33,209 bases of DNA from Candidatus Vogelbacteria bacterium (GTDB lineage: Bacteria > Patescibacteriota > Minisyncoccia > Phycocordibacterales > XYD1-FULL-46-19). The notes beneath the pieces are model-generated. The model worked only from the letters and a program-made list of their open reading frames with translations. It was not told where the DNA came from and made no database searches. A program made the translations under genes and the position numbers. Where the stretch lies: NCBI GenBank assembly GCA_023267075.1, contig JAHFNY010000005.1, forward strand, positions 1-33,209, in the 5' to 3' direction. Of the stretch, positions 9,059 through 17,753 are shown piece by piece. Numbering within the stretch: the stretch's first letter is position 1; each line of letters opens with the position of its first letter.

Positions 9059-9442
9059 ATGCGCTTTCTAGGGATCGACTATGGGAGTAAAAATATTGGC
9101 CTCGCTCTCTCCGACGAGCAAGGCCGTTTTGCTTATCCCTATCGGGTGATACCCAATACTGCTCGGGCGGCAATGATGGTGAGTAAAATTTGCGAGGACG
9201 AGGGGGTGGATCAAGTGGTGGTGGGTGAGTCTAAAGATTTTAAAGGCGTAGATAATCCCATTGCTAAAGAAATTAATGAATTTAAAACGGCTTTAGCTGG
9301 GATTATTGATTTGCCGATTAAGAGTGAACTGGAAGTGCTAACAACGGCCGCCGCCCGCCGCGATATTGGTCAGGACGATAGCACTGATGCCCGGGCGGCG
9401 GCACTCATTTTAAAAAGTTATTTAGAGCGTGAGGTAAAATGA
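9059..9442 (+). CDS. ruvX: YqgF/RuvX nuclease
   Basis: MRFLGIDYGSKNIGLALSD, VVVG, ELEVLTT and DARAAALIL. Start placed at ATG 9059. Confidence 0.92.
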   Translation: MRFLGIDYGSKNIGLALSDEQGRFAYPYRVIPNTARAAMMVSKICEDEGVDQVVVGESKDFKGVDNPIAKEINEFKTALAGIIDLPIKSELEVLTTAAARRDIGQDDSTDARAAALILKSYLEREVK

Positions 9443-10032
9443 TTAGTCAATTATTAAATCCGCTTTTTTTAGTCCAGACTTTAGGTCTGCTTGGTGTTTT
9501 AATTATTATCTTCGCCGAGTCAGGGCTTTTCTTCGGCTTCTTTTTCCCTGGTGATTCGCTCCTGTTTACCGCCGGTTTCTTGGCTTCCCAAGGTTATATC
9601 AGTCTTGGGTGGTTAGTCTTGGGCGGAATCGTTGCCGCTATTTTGGGCGATAACGTTGGTTATTGGTTTGGGAGTAAAGTGGGGCCCAAGATCTTCTCCC
9701 GCGAGGATTCTTGGTTTTTCCATAAAAAGCATGTGTTGAGGACGCAAGATTTTTATCATCACCATGGTAAGAAGACGATCATTCTCGCTCGCTTTGTGCC
9801 CATTGTCCGGACTTTTGCGCCCATTCTCGCCGGAGTGGGGGAGATGAATTATCGCACTTTCTTTATCTACAATTTAATTGGCGGCGTCCTCTGGGGCGGG
9901 GGCATGCCCTTACTCGGATTTATTTTAGGCGCGACTATCCCCGGAGTGGACCATTATTTATTACCCATTGTTTTAATTATCATCTTTATCTCCTTTCTCC
10001 CAGCGCTGTACCACGTTATAATTAAGAAGTGA
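9439..10032 (+). CDS. dedA: DedA/VTT family membrane protein
   Basis: FAESGLFFGFFFPGDSLLFTAG, GDNVGY and ARFVPIVRTFAP. Confidence 0.93.
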   Translation: MISQLLNPLFLVQTLGLLGVLIIIFAESGLFFGFFFPGDSLLFTAGFLASQGYISLGWLVLGGIVAAILGDNVGYWFGSKVGPKIFSREDSWFFHKKHVLRTQDFYHHHGKKTIILARFVPIVRTFAPILAGVGEMNYRTFFIYNLIGGVLWGGGMPLLGFILGATIPGVDHYLLPIVLIIIFISFLPALYHVIIKK

Positions 10033-11120
10033 AAGAAACTTTTTTCCGTCTCTTCCCGCCGCCAGCTTATTTAATCAATGCTCCGGCTGGTCTTGATCTC
10101 TCTGACCGCTCGCTTAAGTTTATTCAACTTGGCTGGAAGAGAGGCACTTTACAAGTAATTAAATTTGGCGAGACCGCTTTGCCCTTAGGAGTAATTGATA
10201 ATGGCCAGATTAAAGATGAAACGGCTTTAGTCGCGGCGCTTAAAGACTTAGCCGCTAAACATCAGCTTAAAGTGGTGGCTTGCGACGTGCCAGAAGAAGA
10301 TGCTTACGTCTTCCGCTTAAAGTTGCCACCGGTTAAAACTTCGCTTTTATCACCTTTAGTGGCGGCGGAGCTACCAGAGCGCGTACCCTTGCCTTCAACA
10401 GCAGTTATTTTTGACTATGAGTGTGGAGCGATAAGCGCTGATGGTAAATGGCAAGTGGTTGACGTGGCGGCAGCTCGCCGCGAGACGATTGAAAATTATT
10501 GCCGAGTGCTCCTTAAGGCCGGTTTAGAAGTTAGCAGCTTTGAGCTTGAGGGGACTGCCCTTGTCCGCTCGCTCTTATCGCCTCACGATCGGCAAACCAC
10601 GTTGATCATTGATTTGGGTAAAGTCCGAACTAGTTTCTCCATTGCCAGTGGGGGACAAGTCTTGGACACCACCACGGTTACCGGAATTTCCGGTGATGCC
10701 TTTACGGAAGCGATTCGGAAAAATTTAAACTTAAGCACTGAAGCGGCGGAAGAAAAGAAAGTTAAATTTGGCTTAACCCGAGGAGGAGGTAATGAAGAGC
10801 AATTTTTTGCCCTCGTACCACTTCTGTCAGCTCTAGCTGATGAAGTGAAGAAGCGTGGTAACTTCTGGCGGGAGCACGGTGGACCGGAAACCGAGACAGC
10901 ACCTATTGGTAAAGTGATTTTAGCCGGGGGACAGGCCAGTTTGCCGGGGCTGGTAGAGTATTTAGCTTCAGGGACCAATCTCTCTACTGCCGTGGCGGCA
11001 CCATGGGATCAAGTTTTTTCTTTGGTCAAGAGTGTGCCGCCGTTCCCTCTCAACGAGTCACTTCGCTTTACCACGGCGATTGGTCTTGCCCTACGACCAT
11101 TCCAAGATCTTAATAATTAA
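10029..11120 (+). CDS. pilM: type IV pilus assembly protein PilM
   Basis: GLDLSDRSLK, IIDLG, ILAGG and TAIGLALR (actin-like PilM); heads a pilN/O-like block. Confidence 0.85.
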   Translation: MKETFFRLFPPPAYLINAPAGLDLSDRSLKFIQLGWKRGTLQVIKFGETALPLGVIDNGQIKDETALVAALKDLAAKHQLKVVACDVPEEDAYVFRLKLPPVKTSLLSPLVAAELPERVPLPSTAVIFDYECGAISADGKWQVVDVAAARRETIENYCRVLLKAGLEVSSFELEGTALVRSLLSPHDRQTTLIIDLGKVRTSFSIASGGQVLDTTTVTGISGDAFTEAIRKNLNLSTEAAEEKKVKFGLTRGGGNEEQFFALVPLLSALADEVKKRGNFWREHGGPETETAPIGKVILAGGQASLPGLVEYLASGTNLSTAVAAPWDQVFSLVKSVPPFPLNESLRFTTAIGLALRPFQDLNN

Positions 11121-11122
11121 TT

Positions 11123-11659
11123 ATGAATCTTCTTCCTTATAATCAGAAAGTTTTTCTTAAGAACGACTTTTATCGTCGGCTCGCGGTGGTTAGTTTGGGC
11201 TTATTGCTGGTGGTCATTATTTTAGCGGATATCTTGTTAACTCTTTTAGTTTTTAAACTGCGTTTAGAATCGGCTCAATTAATTAATATTCAAGCGAGCC
11301 AAGTGCCAGCAGATAAATATCAGGCCTTCACCGCAGCGCGGCAAGAGATCATTCTCGCTAGTCGCCACTTGCGGCAACTCGCCACGCTGGCTGCGCCGGG
11401 CGAAAGCGCCACTGATCAATTGGCGCTCGCCCTTAAACTCCGCCCGGCGCGGGTCCAGTTTACGGAATTGGCTTATAGTACCAGCACTGGCGCCGCCGGG
11501 ACCATTGTTATTACTGGAGTGGCGGCGAGTCGTAATGATCTCCTTAAATTGGTGGCGGCCTATCAAGCTGAGCCCATATTTGCCAGAGTTGATTCTCCGG
11601 TCGAGAACTTGGTTAAAGATAAAGACGCGCCTTTTACCATTACCCTGACGCTAAAATAA
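11123..11659 (+). CDS. pilN: PilN-like protein
   Basis: N-terminal MNLLP motif, one TM helix, ITGVAASR; follows pilM. Confidence 0.7.
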   Translation: MNLLPYNQKVFLKNDFYRRLAVVSLGLLLVVIILADILLTLLVFKLRLESAQLINIQASQVPADKYQAFTAARQEIILASRHLRQLATLAAPGESATDQLALALKLRPARVQFTELAYSTSTGAAGTIVITGVAASRNDLLKLVAAYQAEPIFARVDSPVENLVKDKDAPFTITLTLK

Positions 11660-11663
11660 TTTT

Positions 11664-12161
11664 ATGCTTACCTTTTATCGGCAAAAAGATTTCCTCATCA
11701 CCCTCACCCTGGTAATTATTTTTGTTATTCTTACTGTGGGCTTGATTTTTTGGCTTCAGACAGAAGCGGTCACTTTAGCCGAGACGACTACTACCCTTTC
11801 CACCTTTAAGAATGGTAGTGATCAAGCAGCCCAGCTCTCGGTTCTGGCTAAGCAAACGGCAAGCTCGCGAGAAATAATTAATACTTACTTTGTTACCCCC
11901 GAGACGGTAGCTAACTTTATTGGGGAGATAGAATCTTTAGCCACTAGCGATAAAATTAATTTAACCGTTAATCAGGCGGTAGCCAGTCCGATGGGGCTAG
12001 ACTTTAATCTTTATGCTGAAGGCTCATTCAATAATCTCTTTAACTTTATTCAACTCTTAGATCGATTGCCGTTCAATGTGAAGCTCTCTAAGATTTCTTT
12101 AGCCCACGATGCTGGTTGGTCGGCAGTGATTAACTTAACTTTAATCAGCTTTGATAAATAA
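11664..12161 (+). CDS. PilO-like protein
   Basis: N-terminal TM helix and GSFNNLFNFIQLLDRLP; synteny with pilMN. Confidence 0.6.
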   Translation: MLTFYRQKDFLITLTLVIIFVILTVGLIFWLQTEAVTLAETTTTLSTFKNGSDQAAQLSVLAKQTASSREIINTYFVTPETVANFIGEIESLATSDKINLTVNQAVASPMGLDFNLYAEGSFNNLFNFIQLLDRLPFNVKLSKISLAHDAGWSAVINLTLISFDK

Positions 12162-12163
12162 TT

Positions 12164-12403
12164 ATGTTTAAACTCTGGCGATATTTATTTATAGCTTTCG
12201 TTATTATCATCTTGTTGGTTGTGGGTATTTATTTATATCTTAATTTTAGTTTAGATCAGTTTGCTGATACATCAACACCAACCGCGGCGCCCACTTTAAA
12301 TTTAAGCTTGCTCAATAAAACCTTAAATCTTATCACTGCTCGGGCCGCTGACTTTAAGCGTTTACTCTCCCAACCTGATCACTTTACCGATCCAGCCAAG
12401 TAA
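12164..12403 (+). CDS. small membrane-anchored protein at the end of the pil operon
   Basis: 79 aa with one TM helix, tightly spaced in the operon. Confidence 0.65.
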   Translation: MFKLWRYLFIAFVIIILLVVGIYLYLNFSLDQFADTSTPTAAPTLNLSLLNKTLNLITARAADFKRLLSQPDHFTDPAK

Positions 12404-12413
12404 AATTTAGTAT

Positions 12414-12450
12414 AAAAAATGGGTTCGGAGCCTATCTAGACTCCGAACCC
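12414..12450 (-). terminator. intrinsic terminator
   Basis: GGGTTCGGAG/CTCCGAACCC 10-bp stem (12421-12450), with a U-run on the minus strand, between convergent genes. Confidence 0.8.
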
Positions 12451-12455
12451 TGAAC

Positions 12456-13499
12456 TTAAAACAATTTTCTCAACTCTTGTACTGCCACACTTTGTTCATA
12501 GAACTTCCGCCGTGGGGGACAACCACCATCGTAATTTTGGAGAAGCGGCAGGCGTTCACTCCACATGTCAGCAAGTCCTTGTCTTCTTATATTGCCATAA
12601 ACTTCGCTTTTTCCAACACAACCAAACACTTCGCCTTGGATTGTGACATAAAGTCCCATATATTGGGTGCACGTCCGCCCATATCCACAGTAAGGCATAG
12701 AAGTTGTGTGAGAAATGCCAAACTCAACCTCATCTATTTTCCGGCATTCTTCGTATAAACGAGCGACGTCGGTGAAAACAGCTTGCTTTTCATTCGCTTT
12801 TTGAGTTCGGCCAGAAGGGATGAAGGTTGAGCAGACAAGAAAAATGTTTTCACTTCGGCACATTCGCAGACAATCCGGTATTTCAGCGAGGGTTCGTTGG
12901 TAGACAATGTTATCAATCCCGAGACGAGTTGGATTTGTCTTATTGAATCCCATTGCCTTGAGAAGTTTAATCGCATGATCGCGTTTCTCTCCTGCTCCTT
13001 TTCTCCTCACAATCTCGTCGTGGATGATTCTGTCTGTACTGTGCCATTTAACAACAACGCTCGCACCAAGTTCCCATAAGCGTTCTGCAAATCTTGGACC
13101 GTGTTTTGAATGACCCAGAATTGAACCATTTGTGAAAACAATGGGAACCAGCCCCTTTGATACCGCATATTCGATCTGTGACAAAAAGTTACGATCGATA
13201 ATCGGTTCGCCAGCACCAACGATATCATAAGATACAGCACCAAGATCTACAGCTTGATCTATGAGATCTTTCCTTTCTTCTAATGAAAGTTCTCCCGGGA
13301 GTGGTTTTACGTGGAAGTCTGGCTCGTCGAGTGTGAGTAAAACTGTGTAGCAATATTCACAATCTTGGTCACAAACATTGGAGGTTTCTGCAAGAAGATG
13401 AATCATTTTGCCTTGTGCGAGATGTCTCTTGCAAAAATTACCGTCGTGATGCCATCCTCTCATGCGTATTGTCGCAGTACTATTAATGTCAAATAACAT
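12456..13499 (-). CDS. radical SAM protein with a C-terminal SPASM/twitch-like domain
   Basis: CDQDCEYC (CxxxCxxC), GAGEP, FTNG; C-terminal C..YVTIQGEVFGC..YGNIRRQGLADMW..GGC. Confidence 0.88.
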   Translation of the reverse strand: MLFDINSTATIRMRGWHHDGNFCKRHLAQGKMIHLLAETSNVCDQDCEYCYTVLLTLDEPDFHVKPLPGELSLEERKDLIDQAVDLGAVSYDIVGAGEPIIDRNFLSQIEYAVSKGLVPIVFTNGSILGHSKHGPRFAERLWELGASVVVKWHSTDRIIHDEIVRRKGAGEKRDHAIKLLKAMGFNKTNPTRLGIDNIVYQRTLAEIPDCLRMCRSENIFLVCSTFIPSGRTQKANEKQAVFTDVARLYEECRKIDEVEFGISHTTSMPYCGYGRTCTQYMGLYVTIQGEVFGCVGKSEVYGNIRRQGLADMWSERLPLLQNYDGGCPPRRKFYEQSVAVQELRKLF

Positions 13500-13567
13500 T
13501 TAACAGACCTCCTTTCAAAAGGTGTGTTTATTTTGATCTCAAAACAATAAATAACTGTTACTATATT

Positions 13568-13596
13568 AAAGTAGCATTATAAATTATTATTGTCAA
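13568..13596 (-). promoter_or_regulatory. sigma70 promoter of the radical SAM gene
   Basis: TTGACA-17 nt-TACTTT with an extended TG; SD GAAAGGAGGT before the ATG. Confidence 0.7.
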
Positions 13597-13603
13597 ACGT
13601 TTA

Positions 13604-13675
13604 TCTCCCCGGGAGGAATCGAACCTCCATAGCCGGCTTAGAAGTCCGGAGTTTTATCCATTAAACTACGGGGAG
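13604..13675 (-). tRNA. tRNA-Arg(TCT)
   Basis: Acceptor CTCCCCG/CGGGGAG, anticodon loop CTTCTAA and GGTTCGATTCC. Confidence 0.92.
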
Positions 13676-13679
13676 CAGG

Positions 13680-13752
13680 TGCGCGCTGAGGGACTTGAAC
13701 CCCCGACCTTCTCGGTGTAAACGAGTTGCTCTACCAACTGAGCTAAGCGCGC
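13680..13752 (-). tRNA. tRNA-Val(TAC)
   Basis: GCGCGCTTAGCTCAGTTGGTAGAGC..TTTACAC..GGTTCAAGTCC..AGCGCGCA. Confidence 0.94.
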
Positions 13753-13765
13753 AAATTTTAAAATA

Positions 13766-13849
13766 ACCAATCCCGACGCGCTTCACGGTCGGGACTCCGA
13801 CTACAACGTCGGAGCTGAGCCCTGCCTGCCGGCAGGCAGGTAAGCGCGC
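13766..13849 (-). repeat. duplicated 20-bp tRNA-Val 5' fragment interrupted by two palindromic insertions
   Basis: ACCAA[13771-13814 double hairpin]CTGAGC[13821-13840 CCTGCCTGCCGGCAGGCAGG]TAAGCGCGC. Removing the inserts gives an exact copy of 13733-13752. Confidence 0.85.
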
Positions 13850-13890
13850 TGATTAACACAAGATACGATAAATATGCTACTTTATCAAAT

Positions 13891-14616
13891 ATGTCTGCTC
13901 TCGTACCGGAGATTATTTATGAGGATGCCGACGTGTTGGTGCTTAATAAACCAGCTGGGCTCACTGTGCACCCTGATGACTTTACTCCACCCACTCCGGG
14001 ACCATTTTTAACCGATTGGTTGGTTAAGAATTATCCGGCGGTTAAAAGTGTAGGTGAAGATTCTGATCGGCCGGGGATTGTCCATCGTTTAGATAAAGAA
14101 ACGAGCGGCGTGATGGTGGTGGCCAAAACTCAACCCGCTTTTACCTGGTTAAAGAAACAATTTAAAGATCACTTGGTAGAAAAAACTTATCTCGCTCTTT
14201 TAACTGGTGAAGTAAAGATGGCCGTGGGAGAGGAGAAAATTATTTCTTCTCCCATTGGGCGCTCGGGTCAAGATCCGCGAGTGCGGGTGGCGAGTGCCAA
14301 GGCTTATGGCAAGCTCCGCCCAGCCGAGACTAAATTTAAGATTGCTGAGCACTTATGCGACTTCACTTTAGTAGAAGCTTTTCCTAAAACTGGCCGGACT
14401 CATCAGCTCCGAGCCCATTTTAAAGCGTATCAACACCCGATTGCTTGCGACATTTTATATGGCACGGGCAATTTGTGCCCGCCGGGCATGAGCCGGCTCG
14501 CGCTCCACGCGAGCCGGTTGGCGCTCACTTTGCCCGGCGGGGAGCGCGCCGCCTGGGCGGCGGCGCTACCGGGCGACTTTACCGTCGCCCTTGCCCAGTT
14601 GCGACGCGCATGCTAA
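13891..14616 (+). CDS. RluA/RluD-family pseudouridine synthase
   Basis: NKPAGLTVHP, VHRLDKETSG, TGRTHQLRAH and LHA. Confidence 0.93.
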   Translation: MSALVPEIIYEDADVLVLNKPAGLTVHPDDFTPPTPGPFLTDWLVKNYPAVKSVGEDSDRPGIVHRLDKETSGVMVVAKTQPAFTWLKKQFKDHLVEKTYLALLTGEVKMAVGEEKIISSPIGRSGQDPRVRVASAKAYGKLRPAETKFKIAEHLCDFTLVEAFPKTGRTHQLRAHFKAYQHPIACDILYGTGNLCPPGMSRLALHASRLALTLPGGERAAWAAALPGDFTVALAQLRRAC

Positions 14617-14629
14617 AGTAAACCCCGTT

Positions 14630-15034
14630 ATGGATACTAGCAAACGCGCCAGACTTGACCTTAGAACCGGCGACACGGTGAAGGTCTATCAGAAGATTAA
14701 AGAAAAGGGCAAGATCCGCCTTCAGCTTTTTGAGGGTCTCTTAATTGCCAGGAAGCACGGTACCGAGCAGGGGGCCACTTTTACCGTCCGCAAGGTGGCG
14801 AGCGGTGTGGGAATGGAGAAGATTTTCCCTTTATACTCGCCTAATATTGATAAAATTGAAGTGGTGAAGCGGACCAAGAATCGCCGCTCCAAGCTCTATC
14901 ACATCCGTGACAAGGCCGCGCGGGAAGTAAAGAAGCGGATGAAAATTTTAAGTACTAACATTGTCCAGAATTTGGGCGAGGATGAAGTTATTGAACCAGC
15001 AGTTGAAGTTGCCACCGAAACAGCGGTAGAATAA
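14630..15034 (+). CDS. rplS: 50S ribosomal protein L19
   Basis: GDTVKVYQKIKEKGKIRLQLFEG, FTVRK..GVGMEKIFPLYSP and RRSKLY. Start placed at ATG 14630. Confidence 0.96.
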   Translation: MDTSKRARLDLRTGDTVKVYQKIKEKGKIRLQLFEGLLIARKHGTEQGATFTVRKVASGVGMEKIFPLYSPNIDKIEVVKRTKNRRSKLYHIRDKAAREVKKRMKILSTNIVQNLGEDEVIEPAVEVATETAVE

Positions 15035-15048
15035 GGTTTGTTTAACGA

Positions 15049-15132
15049 GCGCGGGTGGCGAAATTGGTAGACGCGCTACCTTGAGGTGGTAGAGCCCGCA
15101 AGGGTGTGGAGGTTCGAGTCCTCTCCCGCGCA
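15049..15132 (+). tRNA. tRNA-Leu(GAG)
   Basis: Acceptor GCGCGGG/CCCGCGC, anticodon arm CTACC-TTGAGGT-GGTAG and a long variable arm. Confidence 0.95.
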
Positions 15133-15187
15133 CACTTGACTTTTAATTGATTTAGTGTATTATAGAAGATGGAAAGGGGGTGATTAA

Positions 15188-15427
15188 ATGTCACCTAAAT
15201 CCAAACGGCCCAAGCCGAAATGGAATGTTTACGAAAAAGTTGGTGCTCTAAATCGTTACTCTGGTTCGTCCTACGCGGTAAGTGAAGCAAGGGCGATTAG
15301 TAATGTTTGGTTCGCCAAACATGGTCGAGTGCCAATTGAGGGCAAGTTTTTTGCCCGACGGGAGCGGGATGAAGCTTATCATCCGCCCGAACTCTATAAA
15401 TCAGGCGAGCAACTGCAGTTCGTTTGA
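15188..15427 (+). CDS. hypothetical basic protein (79 aa)
   Basis: TTGACT-16-TATTAT promoter (15136-15163), SD AAAGGGGGTGA and a terminator-like hairpin at 15437-15474. Confidence 0.6.
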   Translation: MSPKSKRPKPKWNVYEKVGALNRYSGSSYAVSEARAISNVWFAKHGRVPIEGKFFARRERDEAYHPPELYKSGEQLQFV

Positions 15428-15499
15428 TTGCCCAACAGCGCGTCATTACTTGGGAAATGTCGCGCTTTCTTTTTGCCATTTTTGTGGTAAATTGACTTT

Positions 15500-16027
15500 A
15501 TGCTCTTTACGGGTAAAGGCGATAAAGGCGACACCGGCCTCTTTGGCTGTAAACAACGCGTGTCTAAAAGCTCGGCCGTGGCCGAGGCTCTCGGTAGTAT
15601 GGACGAGATCAACTCCTTCCTCGGTTTAATTAAAATGAAAGCAGGTGAAGAAACGGCCGCCCTTATCCGCGGTATTCAGCACAACCTTTTCATCATCCAA
15701 GCCGAGCTGGCCGGCGCCGAGAAGACCATCGCCCCGGAGAAGGTGAAGCAGTTGGAAGCAGTGATTAATGGCATTGAGCAAGAATTGCCGCCGATTAAAA
15801 GCTTCTTTGTCTCGGGGGGGACCGAGCTGGGAGCGATGTTTGACTTCGCTCGGACGGTGGCGCGCCGCGCCGAGCGGCGGGTAGTGCAAGTGGTAGAAGG
15901 TGAAGAGCGTAAGGTCGGTGAATATTCTCGCGCTTACCTTAATCGCTTATCTTCCGTCCTTTACGCTCTGGCCCGACAAACCAATTTTAGAGCCGGAGTT
16001 AAAGAAGAGCCCCCGCATTACGAGTAA
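15500..16027 (+). CDS. PduO-type cob(I)alamin adenosyltransferase family protein
   Basis: TGKGDKGDT, GSMDEINS, ARTVARRAER and YLNRLS. Confidence 0.92.
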   Translation: MLFTGKGDKGDTGLFGCKQRVSKSSAVAEALGSMDEINSFLGLIKMKAGEETAALIRGIQHNLFIIQAELAGAEKTIAPEKVKQLEAVINGIEQELPPIKSFFVSGGTELGAMFDFARTVARRAERRVVQVVEGEERKVGEYSRAYLNRLSSVLYALARQTNFRAGVKEEPPHYE

Positions 16028-16033
16028 CAATAT

Positions 16034-16109
16034 GGTGCCTATGGTGTAATGGTTAGCACTAGGGTTTGTGGAACCCTCAGTCAGAGTTCGAATCTCTGTA
16101 GGCACCCCA
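16034..16109 (+). tRNA. tRNA-His(GTG), integration target
   Basis: G-1, acceptor GTGCCTA/TAGGCAC, C discriminator, anticodon arm AGGGT-TTGTGGA-ACCCT and CCA at 16107-16109. Confidence 0.95.
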
Positions 16110-17684
16110 TTCGAGAATCAGTTGTTGAAAAGCGACATTTCTCGCCTCAACAGAACTGTATTCTCTCAGTCCTAACCTCTCAAATTCAGCCCTAAATTCA
16201 GGGTATGCTTCTTTGATTGGCTGGAGCCATTCGTTGGCAGTAATAAAGACTTTCCCATTTTTGATGTAGAAGTTTTGGCCGAGTGCCGAGAATATCTCAC
16301 GCTTTCGCTGAAGATTACCCATAACAAACTCCTTCCGGGCAAAGCAGGCAAAGCTGAATACCTGCTCGGTGAGATCGAGCCACTTTGAGGCACGTCCCTC
16401 GGTTTCCCGGAGTTTCGCTTGTAATCGGGCGATTTTCTCTTTGAGCGTATCTCGCTCTTTGACGAATGTGTCATCATCGATGAGATCGCGATAGCGCATT
16501 TTGGTCAGGTTATCGAGCTCGGTTTGCGACTCAACGACAGTCTTGTGCTGCATCTCATAAATCTTGGTACGTTCCTCGATTTCCTTATCGTTGTTGCGAT
16601 CCAAAGCCTCGATAGCCCAGGTTTGAAACTCGGGGAGTATGGTGTATTCCTCAAGCAGAAGCTCGATCTGCTGTTCGAGGTCAATGAGATTGATTGGATT
16701 TCGCTTAGGGCATGGCACGCCTTTCTTGTGGCCTGAACAATGATAGTAAGTGTAAGTTTTGAGATCGCCAGTTTTCTTTATGGTCTTAGTCTTTTCAGTT
16801 CCGGTATACATCGCACCGCATAGACCGCAGCGAATAAGCCCGGTGAATGCGAACTCATGTGTCTGACCCCTTGGCTTGCCGGTCCTACCGAAAATAGCCT
16901 GGACCCGATCGTACTCCTCGAGGGTGATCATCGGCTTGTGATTTCCTTTATAGACTTTCTTGCCCCACTCGAACATTCCCGTATAGAAAATATTCTTAAA
17001 CATTTTGTAGATCACGCTCGGAGCCATCTCGACTCCACCGCTCCGCTTACTTTTTAAGGACCGATAGCCCCATTCCTTGCTTGCGATTTCAGCTATGCTT
17101 ACTGGCGTATAGTTTCCGGTAAGCATAAGGTCCCACATCTTGCGGATGAGGTCGAAGCGTTCAGGGTCAGGCTGAATGGTATGTTCAAGCCGTTCGTTGA
17201 TGTAGCCTGCCGGAGCCTTTGATGGAAACCATCCGCGATCGGCTTTGCCATGCATGCCACGTTTCGTGTTTTTGCGGAGCTCGATGATGAATTGATTCGC
17301 CATTCCACTCTCAACACTGAACAAGAGAACATTATCGTCAGGTAGATACTCACGTTCCATTGTCTGAATGGACTCAATGATTCCTTTCTGAAGCATCCAA
17401 CTCAACTTTCCGCTGTCGATCGGATTACGCGCCAGGCGGTTGATCTGCCAGCAGAGGATTCCTTTCGCTTCTCCTTTCTCAAGGCGCTTGAGCATGTCAT
17501 TGAAAACAGGACGGCCCGGCTGTTTCGCTGACTTTGCCTCGGTCAAGATTTCTTTTACAGAAATGCCAAGAGAATTAGCACGCTCTTTCAAGCGGTTTAC
17601 CTGGTCTTCGATTGACTGCTCCTGCCGATCCTCGGACTCAGAGGATTTGCGGGCATACATGAAATATTCAACATTTGTAGCCAT
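16077..17684 (-). CDS. large serine recombinase (integrase)
   Basis: YARKSSE catalytic Ser, QSIEDQ, EAKSAK..GRPVF, RLARN, recombinase domain, CGLC..YHC..C zinc ribbon and coiled coil. The last 33 nt are antisense to tRNA-His. Confidence 0.95.
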   Translation of the reverse strand: MATNVEYFMYARKSSESEDRQEQSIEDQVNRLKERANSLGISVKEILTEAKSAKQPGRPVFNDMLKRLEKGEAKGILCWQINRLARNPIDSGKLSWMLQKGIIESIQTMEREYLPDDNVLLFSVESGMANQFIIELRKNTKRGMHGKADRGWFPSKAPAGYINERLEHTIQPDPERFDLIRKMWDLMLTGNYTPVSIAEIASKEWGYRSLKSKRSGGVEMAPSVIYKMFKNIFYTGMFEWGKKVYKGNHKPMITLEEYDRVQAIFGRTGKPRGQTHEFAFTGLIRCGLCGAMYTGTEKTKTIKKTGDLKTYTYYHCSGHKKGVPCPKRNPINLIDLEQQIELLLEEYTILPEFQTWAIEALDRNNDKEIEERTKIYEMQHKTVVESQTELDNLTKMRYRDLIDDDTFVKERDTLKEKIARLQAKLRETEGRASKWLDLTEQVFSFACFARKEFVMGNLQRKREIFSALGQNFYIKNGKVFITANEWLQPIKEAYPEFRAEFERLGLREYSSVEARNVAFQQLILEWGAYRDSNSD

Positions 17685-17753
17685 ATAATTGGGTAATGTT
17701 AATGCTAAAGGGTGTTGCTGTGTTACCTTCTTCGTGGGGTAATTGCAAGTCCT

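Noticed and set aside
15500-16027. Cobalamin adenosyltransferase as evidence for a B12 pathway
   Set aside because: It is an isolated PduO-family gene with no other cobalamin genes in the window, so no pathway claim is supportable.
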